A stretch of DNA of 64,000 nucleotides from Podarcis pityusensis (Eukaryota). The translations under genes were made by a program, and so were the position numbers. How positions within the stretch are numbered: the stretch's first letter is position 1; each line of letters begins with the position of its first letter. The stretch is taken from assembly GCA_964106645.2 (NCBI GenBank), contig OZ067039.1; one strand, 5' to 3'. This document shows, one piece after another, positions 39,694-52,700 of the stretch. Under the pieces are notes generated by a model, which saw only the letters and a list, made by a program, of their open reading frames with translations, was not told the origin of the DNA and made no database searches.

Positions 39694-39860
39694 CAAGCGC
39701 TTGACTGTATGGTCTTAGCAGTTGAGTGGCTGCATTTTGTACCAGTTGAAGCTCCTGAGCTGCTTTTCAAAGTAGCCCATTTGGGTCCAGGCCTATATTT
39801 ACTATGGTAGCTGTATATCCTACACTTCCTTTCTTTCAGCCTGAAATAACTATGGTTTTT

Positions 39861-39893
<33 letters not shown>

Positions 39894-41533
39894 GAAGACA
39901 AAGTGTACCTCCAAGGGGGAGATGAAGTATGAGCAGCTGAGGCAAAAACAGCAGCCACCTCCTCAGTAACGAGAGATGGTGCAACAGTGTCGATTTTGTA
40001 TTCAACTCATTTTAACCTAAAACATTAAAATTTCGAAATAACTAGCTCTTCTTGCTTCAGGGCATCAGGCAAGGTAAGACCTTTTGTGCGGAGCATTTTA
40101 AGAGCAAATGGAACTCTCAGCCTCCTACAGAATTTTTGCACTGCATAACACTAAATTAAAATCCAAGATCAGCAAAAAGGAAAATGAAAGGGGTGTGTGT
40201 GCGTGGAGAAAACAGCATTACTTTCACATTCATCAACTGAAGCTCTTGGCCTCAAGTGGAAGTCAATACAAATTTGGAAGTAATGGAAGTGGTGTTCTAA
40301 AATTTAAAGACCTAGCCCAAGATTAAACTGAATTTAAGATGCAAACCAATAGAAATAAAGGCAACTATTGGAGGAACTTGCTAAGGAGCAGTCAACCACC
40401 AGATCTTGCTTCATCTGTGCCATAAGGGGGAACATGTTTTAATAGAATTCACAGAGGTCAAAGCAGATGTATTATTAATGTCCAATTCTTTTTCGGAATA
40501 GGAAAAAAACTTCCCAATAGCCATGCTAGATACGAATTAAGTCACAAAAAGGATATGGCACCAATTTATTTAAGGCAAGATCCTTCACCCTGTGATGTAA
40601 ACTTGCCATTCTGCCCACACATTTGCACTGAAATATATGGACAATTTTTGCCATAGGCATATAAAAGTGAAATTCACTCTTCTGTCCCCATTTTGTCTTA
40701 CAAAAAGTGCTTTGCTTTGGATTGAGTTTCATTGCATTGTATAAAGTGCCTTGAGTAACAACTAGAGGTTTTGATGTAGTTGTAAGCATATATATATTTT
40801 AAGGCAAGTGCATCACTTTACAAATCCTAATGACTACAGCGGTACCTCGGGTTACAGATGCTTCGAGTTACAAACGCTTCGGGTTACAAACTCTGCTAAC
40901 CAGGAAGTGGTTGCTCCAGGTTAAGAACTTTGCCCCAGGAAAAGAACGAAAATTGCGCGCAAGCGGCGCAGTGGCAGCAGAATATGGTGGTCAAAGAACA
41001 CTAGAACCAATTTCAATAGTTCATGAATGCAAAAAGTTTAACGAAGAAAATGAAAAAGATGCTTAATCCATTTTATGTAGCTTCCACACTAGAGTCCCCT
41101 AGCACTGTTACCCATAAGCTGCAAACAGAATTAAAATGGAGGTTCTAAACAGCACAATGTAATGCAATATTTACCAGTGTTACCCTGCCTCATGGTCATC
41201 ATCCTTCTGTAATGTTTACTCAGAAGCAAGCCCCATTTCACAGAAGTGAATGGTCTACCTCTCACTTCATTATCCCCAACTACTTGCCGTTTCTCTGAGA
41301 TAAACTCATTTCAAGAGGTTTCATTAATAAAGGCTCCTTCAAATTTTAATTAAAACGTTCCTGCTTACAGGTTCTGGATTCTTTATTGCTTCTTCTCAAG
41401 CAGAGAAGTGAGAATGTTGCAAAGTCTACTAATTGACACTCAAAAACCCTCTCTTAATTTCCTCTTAGTGCATACACTGTGGGGTAGGTTAAGAGAACTT
41501 TCATTATTATCATATGTCATAGGAATTCTAAGG

Positions 41534-41539
<6 letters not shown>

Positions 41540-41577
<38 letters not shown>
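41540..41577. repeat. (TA)n microsatellite
   Basis: Seen directly. Confidence 0.95.
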
Positions 41578-41581
<4 letters not shown>

Positions 41582-42697
41582 GACCAGGTTTCAGCGGTCC
41601 GTAACCTGAAAAAATGCAAGCTGAAGAGTCTGTAACCTGAGGTATAACTGTATACTTCCCTATCTAGAGCACAGGACAAATTAAATTTAGGGATCCAGTG
41701 CAATTTTCCAGTATGGGTGCAACTCCTTCTCAAAATAACTGCTGAAACATCATAATTATAATTGAACAAAAGCACGCCACAGATAGCCCTGCCAGACTCA
41801 AGGGGTGTGCATGTGTATATATACAAACACACAATAAATCAGAAATAAATGCTTTATTTTATATACATACACACATCACACAAATTGTGTATATATATGA
41901 CACATTTTTATTATTTTACTATTGCCTTGGAAATAATAACCTTGGAACTGAAAGCAATAGATGGACCATAGAAAACAGCCTGCTAGCTCAGCGCAAATTC
42001 AACTTCCGACTGGTGCATTAACAGAAACAGACCCTAATAATGCTTTGCACTCACTAAGCTGATAAATGATGCTATTTCCCAGAGAATGCAGAAAACATGC
42101 TTTGCATTTTCATGGGCTATTGCTTCAGATATGCCAATACAGCCGAAGAGAAAGCATTTTTATTAGCCTGAGTACCACCCAGCAGTAATATTTAACAGCA
42201 TGCATTTTTAGCACAAAATGGGCAAAAAAATTGTATCTGTTCACTTTTTAAAAACATTTCCTGGTATTAAGAATAATTACAAAAGCAAAGAAACAGCTTC
42301 AAGAAAACAAACGAACGTAAAGGGGCGAGAAAGGGTGAGAAAAAGGAATTCACATATCTGGCCAGAGCTGGTCTTTAATTCTAGAGGTGTATATGTGAGG
42401 TGGAAATGAGAGAATCCAATACCCTAATTAAAGAGAGAGGCAAGTCAAAATAATAAGCTTTCCTATAGTGGGGTCCAAGGCTGTAGCTTTCTACAAAGCT
42501 GAGAGCTGGTGTGATGTATTAGATTTAATACCAGACTTAGATCAGACAGTAGAATTATGTATTTTGTGGTAAAGATTTGGAAGGAAAGAACTTGAACACG
42601 TTAAATGTGGTCACACATCTACTTAGGCCCTCTGATGGTCATTCCACAAACGGATGGATTGCTTCCAGTCATGGAAGATCCAGTAGATCCCTTCAGC

Positions 42698-42787
42698 CAT
42701 AGCTGTCAACGTTTCCCTTTTTTAAAGGGAAATTCCCTTATTCCAAATAGGATTTCTCACAAGAAAAGGGGAAAGTTGACAGCTATG
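42698..42787. mobile_element. 90-bp hAT MITE
   Basis: TIR CATAGCTGTCAAC at both ends; perfect 8-bp TSD CCTTCAGC. Confidence 0.85.
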
Positions 42788-43076
42788 CCTTCAGCTGAAG
42801 GCAAGTGTGAGGCAAGGGAATTTCTCCTTACCCCTGCAGCCCCTAACAGAACATCCCACATAATTCTAGATGGTCTCCAATAGTCCCAAGCAGATTTGCA
42901 GGGAACTATAAGGAGCACAGATAAACTGGAGAAACCACCTTTCCCCACTTCCTCCAGTGAGAGCATTCCATAAGTAGAGTGGAACTCTGCACCCAAGTCA
43001 CCAGCTCTGGCAGCTCCTTAGGTCTCCACAGAAAAAGCATCTAATCTCATTTGCTCCAAACTACCCTCTGTTGCAT

Positions 43077-43460
43077 GGGACATGGGTGGCGCTGTGGGTT
43101 AAACCACAAGAGCCTAGGACTTGTTGATCAGAAGGTCAGCGGTTCAAATCCCCGTGACAGGGTGAGCTCCCATTGCTCGGTCCCTGCTCCTGCCAACCTA
43201 GAAATTCAAAAGCACATCAAAGTGCAAGTAGATAAATTAAAGATAAGTGCAAGTAGATAAATCAAAGTAGATAAACCACTGCAGTGGGAAGGTAAACGGC
43301 GTTTCCGTGCACTGCTCTGATTCGCCAGAAGCGGCTTAGTCATGCTGGCCACATGACCCGGAAGCTGTACGCCGGCTCCCTTGGCCAATAAAGCGAGATG
43401 AGTGCCGCAACCCCAGAGTCGGCCACGACTGGACCTAATGGTCAGGGGTCCCTTTACCTT
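43077..43460 (+). mobile_element. Sauria SINE with internal tandem duplication
   Basis: TSD TACCCTCTGTTGC at 43062-43074 and 43461-43473; AAGTAGATAAA core occurs three times. Confidence 0.9.
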
Positions 43461-44842
43461 TACCCTCTGTTGCTATTTTTTTACTAGCATTTATTGTCTA
43501 AGAGCAGGATTCAACTAAGTTGTTGTGTGTGCAGAATGAGGTCCAGTTGCACAACAAAACCTGTCACTCTCTCCTCCCCATCTCTGTGCCCCCTAAATCT
43601 TCTCTGGAGGATTGGGGCTACACCTGGAATGGATTTAGGGGGTAGAAAGGGTGGGAAAGTCTCATGGCACAAGTGGACCTCGACCCCCAGGTTTATATCA
43701 ACTTATGGCTACACTGAGTGCCACCCTGTGCTTTCAAAAATCAGACTGCTGGCACATCCACAACGAAAACATGCCACGAAAGTAGACAAAGTTATATACA
43801 CTGTATAAGCACAACAAACAGCCATTGCAAAGTACAGAGAGCAATTAATTTCAAGCTGGAAATTCTTCTCTGTAAACACATTAAATAACTGGGTGTACCA
43901 ACTGCTGTCACAAGAATTGTGTTTATTTTATTTTTTTAAACTCTATTTGAAATACAGTCCAGTAAAGGTCAGTGTGGGTGAGATGACAAGTTGCCAAATT
44001 TGTAAGTATTAAGAATATTTTATAACCCAGCACGTTTGTTTTGGAGAAGAGTGCCAAAATAAAAAGTTACTAAACTATAAATATTTTAAGTGTTTTTTTA
44101 ATTGTGAGCCTTTGTTTTAGATCCAAGCCTTAATAACAAATAGCTAGTCTCAGTTCTTCTTGATGGTGAAGCTACAGTACAGGCAAGAGAAGAAATATAA
44201 GCCCCAGCGAAAGCAAGCGGTTGCGCAAGTAAGAAGTTAAAAATATATATATTATCTCAAGTTTAACGTTTGTGTAAGAATTCAATGATAGATGTAGCAA
44301 AACATTCAGAAAGGCAAGACATAATTCCAGGATTTCCAAAAATAATTATTTGGGGTGGAATTTATTGCTGCGCTATGTCGAATTCCTATAAGTTTGTCAG
44401 ATGGAACCTTCATCCCTTTTCTCCTCCCACTTTGGAGTTCTCTCACACACCCCTCACCAATTTTGAGGGGTGCAGGAGGCCAACGGGGGAGGGGAGGGGG
44501 AAAGCCACATTGCGCAAGTGGAAGCCGTCAAGTAGAGCTTCCACCGAGAAGGCTTGCCTGGTGACTCCCACCATTAGTTTACATTTATTGATTATTTGTG
44601 ATTTTGAGATCTTTGGGAAACATGGGGAGTTTTCAAAACTATGTACAGTCATACCTCATGTTACGTCCGCTTCATGTTACATTCTTTCAGGTTACGTCCT
44701 GTGGTGACCCGGAAGTACCAGAAAGCGTTACTTCCAGGTTTCGCCGCTCGCGCATGCGCAGACACGCAAAATAACATCATGCGCATGTGCAGAAGCGGCG
44801 AATCGCAAACCGCGTGCGCGCACACACACACACACACATATA

Positions 44843-45084
44843 CAGTGGTACCTCGGGTTAAGTACTTAATTTGTTCCGGAGGTCCATTCTTAACCTGAAA
44901 CTGTTCTTAATCTGAAGCACCACTTTAGCTAATGGGGCCTCCTGCTGCTGCTGCGCCGCCAGAGCACGATTTCTGTTCTCATCCTGAAACAAAGTTCTTA
45001 ATCTGAAGCACTATTTCTGGGTTAGCGGAGTCTGTAACCTGAAGCGTATGTAACCTGAAGCGTATGTAACCCAAGGTACCACTG
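44843..45084 (+). mobile_element. Tc1/mariner MITE
   Basis: TIRs and TA flanks; preceded by (CA)n and a half-element of a related family at 44646-44820. Confidence 0.9.
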
Positions 45085-45476
45085 TACTATACCAATTGTA
45101 CTTTATATGCTGCCTTGGTGAAATGTCTCAAGCCAAATCATCAGCAAACGGCACAGCGGCAACAGGAAACGGCTGTCTTCAGGGGTGGTGGATGGTGCAG
45201 AATTCCAGTGGTTTCTTAATGTGTGTTCAGCATCTGAAGTCATTTATCTATGTGATGAAAAACCTACTAGGCTGTAATGTGGATTGCGTGAATAGCCAGT
45301 TTTAACTGTGTGCAGCCAACTGTGTGTAGCCATGCACAAGCTATTGGGCTTATTGACCAGACTAAAGCAATGCTATAAAATGTTATTATTGTGCTGACGT
45401 AAGCTATTAAATGCAAATGAGCAGACATACTACCAAACCAATAGGAGTTCCATAATGAGGCTTGCAGCTTTCTTAC

Positions 45477-45605
45477 CTGTGACTTCAAGCTTTTCACCAT
45501 TCACTTCAGCCTTCAGATAGAGCCTTCCTCTTTTTTCTGTGTGATCCATTCCGCAAAGACTGGGTACATTTATTACGCATTGCTTGTGAACATTCATATC
45601 ACAGG
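45477..45605 (-). CDS. PRKCA: PRKCA coding exon 5 (end of C1B, start of C2)
   Basis: 129 nt, AG/GTAAGA; (T)[42 protein letters not shown](V); phase 1-1. Confidence 0.97.
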
Positions 45606-46906
45606 CTGTAGATCAGAAAGGAGACAATTCGACATCTTACATTACGTAGCATTGGCGATGGGTAGAATCCTAAGGATTGTGACTGTACTGCATTACAAAA
45701 ACCAATCACAGCAAACAGCAGATCTATCCAAACTACTTCTTTAGGTGAGTACTGGAAATCTGTGAGTTCATAGCCCCTATGGCAGGACCGATTTGTTCCA
45801 TATGAATTATGGCCAAAATTTGGTCAATGACCAGTAAAGAAGATAAGAAGAAAAGAAAGCACATAAAACACAATAAAATACATTAAGTATACTATTAAAT
45901 GTAGAGTTAAAAACAATGTAAAATATGTGGAAACAATGAAAAATCTAGAATAATTATACTAAAACGGTAAAAAAACAAGGTAAGGTGTTAATGATTTTAA
46001 AATTAAGACAAGATCCTGTGACTGTATCCTTTCCGTATAGGCAAAATAAGCAGTTTGTGGAAAGGCAGTTTTAAGTGGAGGAACATCCAGAAGTGAAAGG
46101 ATAGAGCCATTGCTCCCTCCCACTTCGCACATCCGTTGAAACATGTAGCCTTAGAGATGTGTTTCTGTGTGTCTCTGTGTGTTGGAACTACCAGACAGTG
46201 TGTAAGATGCAGATGGGCTCAGAACCAAAGACAACATTCCAATTCACCAAGCTGATTGGAAAAGACTTTAGTGTCAGAAGTGGCATCAAAAACTGGAATG
46301 GATTTGAACTGAAGACAACAAACTCTGCCTAAGATGTGGCAAAACTTAAGTTGATCAAACATCTGCCAGGAGATCTTAAAAAGGACAGAGAAGATTAGAA
46401 AGGGCAGAATATCAAGAGAAATGCAATTGAGAATGTCAAGAACAAGGAAAGGGATGAAGAAAGTGTCTGGCAGAAGAACTATGACTACATGATACATGGA
46501 AATATCATTAAGATAATTTATAAGAGTAACTTGCATGTATGGGGGAAAAAACCCTGTATCAGATAGGGACTAGGATGGATAGGAAAGAAAACCATGGCTT
46601 CCTAGCAAAGAACAAGACAGTAAGATTTCATTCTTATCCAACATGGCTTGTCTCTCTGACTTGGTGCTGGGGCAGGAAGAAGTTTCTGGTAGAATCCACG
46701 GAGGGAAAAACACTCCCTTTTCCTATTACTGGGGGGGGGGGGGAGTAGGGAGCAGCCAAATATTCACAGAAACCATTTCCATGCAATTTCTTTTTCTTGA
46801 TTTTTCTTGAGTTGCACTCCTCTTCAGTAGCTTTTAAAATCGTAAGCTTTCACATATGATGAATTATAGCTTACAAGCTATTTGGGGATTCCTTAGAAGT
46901 TGGTGT

Positions 46907-47255
46907 GGGACGCGGGTGGCGCTGTGGGTTAAACCACAGAGCCTAGGACTTGCCAATCAGAAGGTCAGCAGTTCGAATCTCTGCGACGGGGTGAGCTCCC
47001 GTTGCTCGGTCCCTGCTCCTGCCAACCTAGCAGCTCGAAAGCACATCAAAGTGCAAGTAGATAAATAGGTACCGCTGGAAGGTAAACGGCATTTCCGTGT
47101 GCTGCTCTGGTTCGCCAGAAGTGGCTTAGTCATGCTGGCCACATGACCCGGAAGCTGTACGCTAGCTCCCTCGGCCAATAAAGCGAGATGAGCGCTGCAA
47201 CCCCAGAGTTGGTCACGACTGGACCTAATGGTCAGGGGTCCCTTTACCTTTACCT
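46907..47255 (+). mobile_element. Sauria (POM-type) SINE inserted into the left arm of an inverted repeat
   Basis: Full length; TSD TTAGAAGT at 46893-46900 and 47256-47263. Confidence 0.92.
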
Positions 47256-47676
47256 TTAGAAGTCAGTATTTACTGAGAACAGTGATAAGACCAGTGTCTG
47301 AAGAGGAGTAAGAGGCTCTCATCTAATATATTCCTGTCTGTGAAGACCCTCTCCCCTTTTCTTCTGATATTTGACATTACTATTCATCCATTTTCCACCT
47401 TAGAGGTATACACATCACAAAGATCCCTGCACCTCCAGAGATTCATCTCCACCGCTGACAACACTTCAGACACCATTGCCATGCATGGTGTGGAAATAAG
47501 CCCAGGCATATCTGAAACAGGAAGTTCTAATGCAGTGGTACAGAATCTGTGGCCCTCCGAATGTTGCTGGATTCCAATACTCTCCAGTCTCTGCTCTGGT
47601 TTACTTCCATATGAAGAAGAGTGAGATGGACCTAAATAGCTTCTCTCAAAGCTGGCCAGTAAGTAAATAAGAAAGG

Positions 47677-47747
47677 AGGAAGGAAGGAAGGAAGGAAGGA
47701 AGGAAGGAAGGAAGGAAGGAAGGAAGGAAAGAAAGAAAGAAAGAAAG
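47677..47747. repeat. (GGAA)n(GAAA)n microsatellite
   Basis: Seen directly; lies in the spacer of the inverted repeat. Confidence 0.95.
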
Positions 47748-48834
47748 ATCTTGAGGACTTTAAATTACAGTTGGTGTCCTGGTTTGCCACGATGTACACC
47801 AGACAACGATGGAGAAGAATACCTGGAGGTGCAGGGATCTTTGTGATGTGTATACATCTAACACAGAAAATGGGATTAATAGTAATGTCAAATATCAGAA
47901 GTAAAGTAGAGACTCCCAGACAGGAATATATTGGATGAGAGCCTCTGACTCCTCTTCAGACGCTAATCTTATCACTGGTCTCAGTAAATACTGACTTCGA
48001 AGGAATCCCCAAATAGCTTGTAAGCCATCATTAGTCATATGTGAGAGCTTACTATTTTTAAAGCTATTGAAGAGGAGTGCAACTCAAAAACAAATGTTTG
48101 TGCACTTCCTGGCAACAGCTGCTTTTAGTTTAAAAAACTGTTATAACTAGTCTTGCATCTCCAAAAGGAACAGCAGATTAGCTTGTGCTACAACCTGACA
48201 TGCTACAATAATATTTGAGATTCCAAACTATTAGCCATGCTGACTGGCACTAATGTTAGTTGTAGTCCAACAACATCTGGAGGGCACTGAGTTGGGAAAG
48301 ACTATTTTAGATAATGTACAAAGCATTCTAAGAGGTAGAACTAGACTACCATGGCTAATGCCATACAGACCTTCAATGCCTGGTCCCAATAAGGTGAAAT
48401 TCCTCTTGAGACCCCCCAAGACCAATTTGAGGTACAGTAGTGAAATTCCTATTCCTATAGTATTGGCCGTATTCTGAACAGTGGAGATGGCTCTAGGAGA
48501 ACTGGATCCCTACTAGATTGCTACAGGTAAAAGAAACATGGGCCTTTAGACAAAATGATCAATACCTTGAGCCCTATTTCTGGGTATTAAAATGCTATGA
48601 GTAAATGGTGTGCCCGTGAGTGTTATCTGCAGTGTTGGGGCTGTAGAGAGCAGGTCAGCATTGCCCTCCACTTCAAGCTACCACAGTGGTGCAGACAACA
48701 AAGGCACATTGGAACTGCAGAATTTCTCTTAGTGGTTTCCCAATCACTGGTGCTTTGGAAGGTGATTCCTCTTACATTTATGCCTTTCTCTATGTCTTCA
48801 TAATGACAGGTACATGCCTGCATCTGCTTCTTCT

Positions 48835-49250
48835 TCAGAGTAACTCTTCTTCTGCAATAGTCGTGTTGGGACACTGACTGAAAGCTTCTTTCAAAGGAAT
48901 GACTTCCCAAGCGCTTGACAAGCCAGGTTCTTTGAAGTGCTTGGGCACGACTCCAGTTTTCTTTTGAACCATGGTTGGTACTACCTCTGACCCTAGGATC
49001 ATATACTCATCTTCTGCATCCAGCCAAAGCCTGGTGCTAGGAACCATTGAGTGAAATAGACTCAAGAATGGTGACTCCTCTGGCAAGTGTTTGCTCTCCC
49101 CAGAAGAAACTGAGGTTGAGGCCCAAGTGTTGGGAATGGGTACTGCTCCTCCATTAGAGGGCGTCGCAAACCGGTTCCCACCACCCATCCAAGAAGGGAC
49201 ATGCCACATGAAACACTGTCCTAGTCTCCACGATCGTGGTTTAAGGAAGA
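48835..49250 (-). other. Candidate unannotated alternative exon in PRKCA intron 4
   Basis: Pyrimidine-rich, AG-free tract ending CTTCAG at 49251, followed by a stop-free frame in phase with exon 4 up to TGA at 48837-48835; no repeat motif recognised. Confidence 0.35.
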
Positions 49251-49593
49251 CTGAAGTTAGAAGTAATGAAGACAGCAGAATGGTTGAGCAGACAGTACAG
49301 AAAAGAACTATGAAGCCACAAATTGCATTTAATATTTTTTTTAATGCTTGGGTTTTTGACCACAGTGTTCCAACTCAACCGCTGATTGAAAGTAGTAGCT
49401 CTTTCTTCCAGTAAGTTTCCATTAAAATATTGCAATAGCAAAATCCACACTGGAGAAAGCTCCTTTCATATATGGTATTTTGCCAGATGTGCTCAAATAT
49501 TAATTTGAAATGGACAGTCATGCTTGCAATTAACAGTAACTGAAGCAATATTTTCCTGCCAAGAAGTTGGTCAGTGCCTAATGGTTTCATTCA

Positions 49594-49758
<165 letters not shown>

Positions 49759-52700
49759 CTAAGGAAGAAGGCAGAAATCAGGTGTCAAATCATATTTCAG
49801 AAATAAAAGCACATAACTCTTCACATAGTGCTGAAAAGTTCATTTAAATCTCATCATACAACATAGCAATAACCGAAATCTGGTACCTAGGTGGCCACCT
49901 GAAATTGAACATTATGACATTGTGGCACTGTGGCATGTGACTCCTGCAACGTGGACCTTGGAACCCTCCTTTAACAACTTTTATTATCATGGTGGAAATA
50001 GCCAGAACCACATGGGGAGCCAATCCCCACTTGTGAGCATAAGTATGCAGAACGGCTCCCATATGGTTCTGCTTCATTCAACCAGCCACCTGTATGTTTG
50101 CCTACATGTGTGAACTGTGCTTTACATTTTTTCAAGACAAAAGCTAAGATCCTGCTTTAGATTTTGTGTGTTTGCAAGAGGGAGAAAGAGAGGTATATAG
50201 TTATTGCCTCCTTTCTTTTGCTCAGCATTTGAACTAGTCACAGGAAGAGAAACACATTCCAGAACAAGCAGCACAGCTTGGCTCCATCAGCTCTCAACTG
50301 CCCTATAGTTGGCAAGAGGGGAGGGAAAGCTAGTGTGGTCCCTCATGGGACAAGACCCCCCCCCCCTTCTAACAGTCTAGGAATCTGACGTACAGCTGAC
50401 GGACACAGAATAAGAGACATCATGTTCCCTTCCATTAGCTGACCTACAGGGGTGCATTTATATACAGCAAAATCTGTAGCGCAGTGGTAACTTTGTGCAT
50501 AGAAGGATCCAGCTTCAAATCTCTGGCATCTCCTGCAGTGTCACCTAGCAGGAGATGGAAAAGACTTTGCCCAAGTCCCTGGAGAGAGTCACAGACAAAG
50601 AGGACAACACTGGATGAAACAGACAAATATTCTGACCTGGGATAAGGCAGCTTCTTAAAGATACTATAGTAGCAGTTTCATCTGCCTTATTTTCTTATTA
50701 TTGTTATTGTTGTTGTTAGCAATATATAAGGATAGAAGAGAACAGAGAGGGAAAGGAAGAGAAATCTAGCAGCTCTCTCTCAGCCAAAGCTGGAAAGAAA
50801 AGTTTGAAATCAGGAATGTAGCTCCTAGGCAACAAGATGCATCTCAGTTGGACCATGAATTCATTTGCAAATATTTATATTGAGTTATATTTTAAGTACT
50901 ATTACAGGATCATAAAGTAGCAGGTTTTGTTCAGCTCTATTTACAAAAGCAGAAGGTCATTTTGCAGGAACAAACAATAAAATGCCCCACGATGATACAA
51001 CGCAGGTCCAAATTAAGTATAACAATATAATATGGAGGCAAAAAGAAGGAGGCAAATACAACCTCACATGCATCAGATCTGGAGCATTATTAGGGACAGA
51101 GAACTCATTTCTCTACCGTGGGACAGAAACATTTCTGCTGCAGACCAGTGAAGTTCCAGAAGAGCTCCCAAATTTCTTTGCAGCAGCAAAAGAACAGAGA
51201 GGTCTCTAGAGGCTTGGACATTAATTTATTGTGCCGAAAGCTCTGGTGCGCAATCATCTACTTAATTTCTTCCGTTGCTTGGAGGCACTCCTGGGTCCAA
51301 CATTGTCACGGGATCAATTTGTAAACCACTTTGAGGGTTTACAATCGAGCAGTGCTTAAATTTCATGAAATAAATACATACATAAATAAGTGGCCTTGAT
51401 GGCTAGGAGTGCCTATTTCCAGGTACAACTGGTCTGCCATCTACAGCCCCTTTTGGATAGAGATAACCTCGTCAATGTACTCAAGGCTCTGGTAACTTCC
51501 AGACCAGGTTATTGCAATGCACTCTCTATGAGGTTGCCCCTGAAGACAACTTGAAACTGATGATTATTTAGAACTCACATAACCCTTGTTTTACAACAGC
51601 TGCACTGGTTGCCTGCCCAATTCAAGGTGCTCACATCACTGCTTAATGCCCTAAATAACTACCTGAAATACCTAAAAGACCATCTCCTTCCCTACAGAAT
51701 CTCTCAGGTGGCTCCACATCAGAGACTTGGGAGGTGGCAGCCCAGGAGAACGGATTCTCTGTGGCATTCCCTCCATGCAAGAAGAGAGGCTTATGACACT
51801 GCCATCATACAGCTTTCATCATATGCTGAAGGTTGTATCTCATTAACACTAGGATTTGACACCTGAGATGAATGCTTTTAGAATCCACCCTAAAACTGAT
51901 TTTAATATTGTGTTTTTGCATTGTTGAAACAACATCAAAATAGATGCAAGATAAATTAGATGTGATATTTAAACCCTTGTCAATTAGCTCCATGAAGCCA
52001 AATTCAATTGCCCAATAACAAATGCTTCATCTCTTGTCCCCAGACAACTATACTTCAGATTTCTGTGGACAAAAGACCACTTATTCCTTTAAGTCCCATA
52101 CCACATACAGTCCACACCCCAAAGCTGCCCTATACACATGCAACAATAGTCCCTAGAGAGGGGATATGTTGTATATGTTTTTTCATGCCACTAACGGTGC
52201 AGATCTTTCAGTGAATGATTTCTTTTCATCTTCAAAACATTAAAGAATATCTAAACTGAGAAGTGTCTAAAATACCTACATGCCCCTCTAGAGGGAGGCA
52301 GAACAACATATAGGGAAGTCTAATAAAAACAATTATTTTTTACATTGGTGTCTGTCCAACTTGTTCTCAACAGGTAGCATCTTCTATCATTTTTCAACAT
52401 GTGACTTTCATGTAGTTCACCTTTACCCCAAGGGATTCACAAGTTGACTCACAACAATAAAACACGAGGTATGCATGTGGAACCTTTAGTCCACATGGAC
52501 TCTAATTCCTATCAGTCCTAGTCAAAATTGCCAATGATCAGGGATGATGGGAGCTGTAGTCCACCACCATCTGGAGGGCAGCAGGTTCTCCATCCCTAAC
52601 CTAAACAAGTGAATAATAAGTGGGTACAAATGATATTTCTTTGAACAAAAATTGCCAAACAGATGTCTGAGGCATATGGCAACCAGCACGTCAGTGCTGA

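Larger units (their letters stand above)
46807..48087. repeat. Long inverted repeat (arms ~290 bp, spacer ~340 bp)
   Basis: 46807-46900 plus 47264-47459 is the reverse complement of 47802-48087, roughly 85% identical by eye. Confidence 0.92.

Noticed and set aside
40837-41650. A single ~800-bp mariner element between two TIR-like ends
   Set aside because: The two ends resemble different MITE families and the interior looks like ordinary intron; more likely two half-elements
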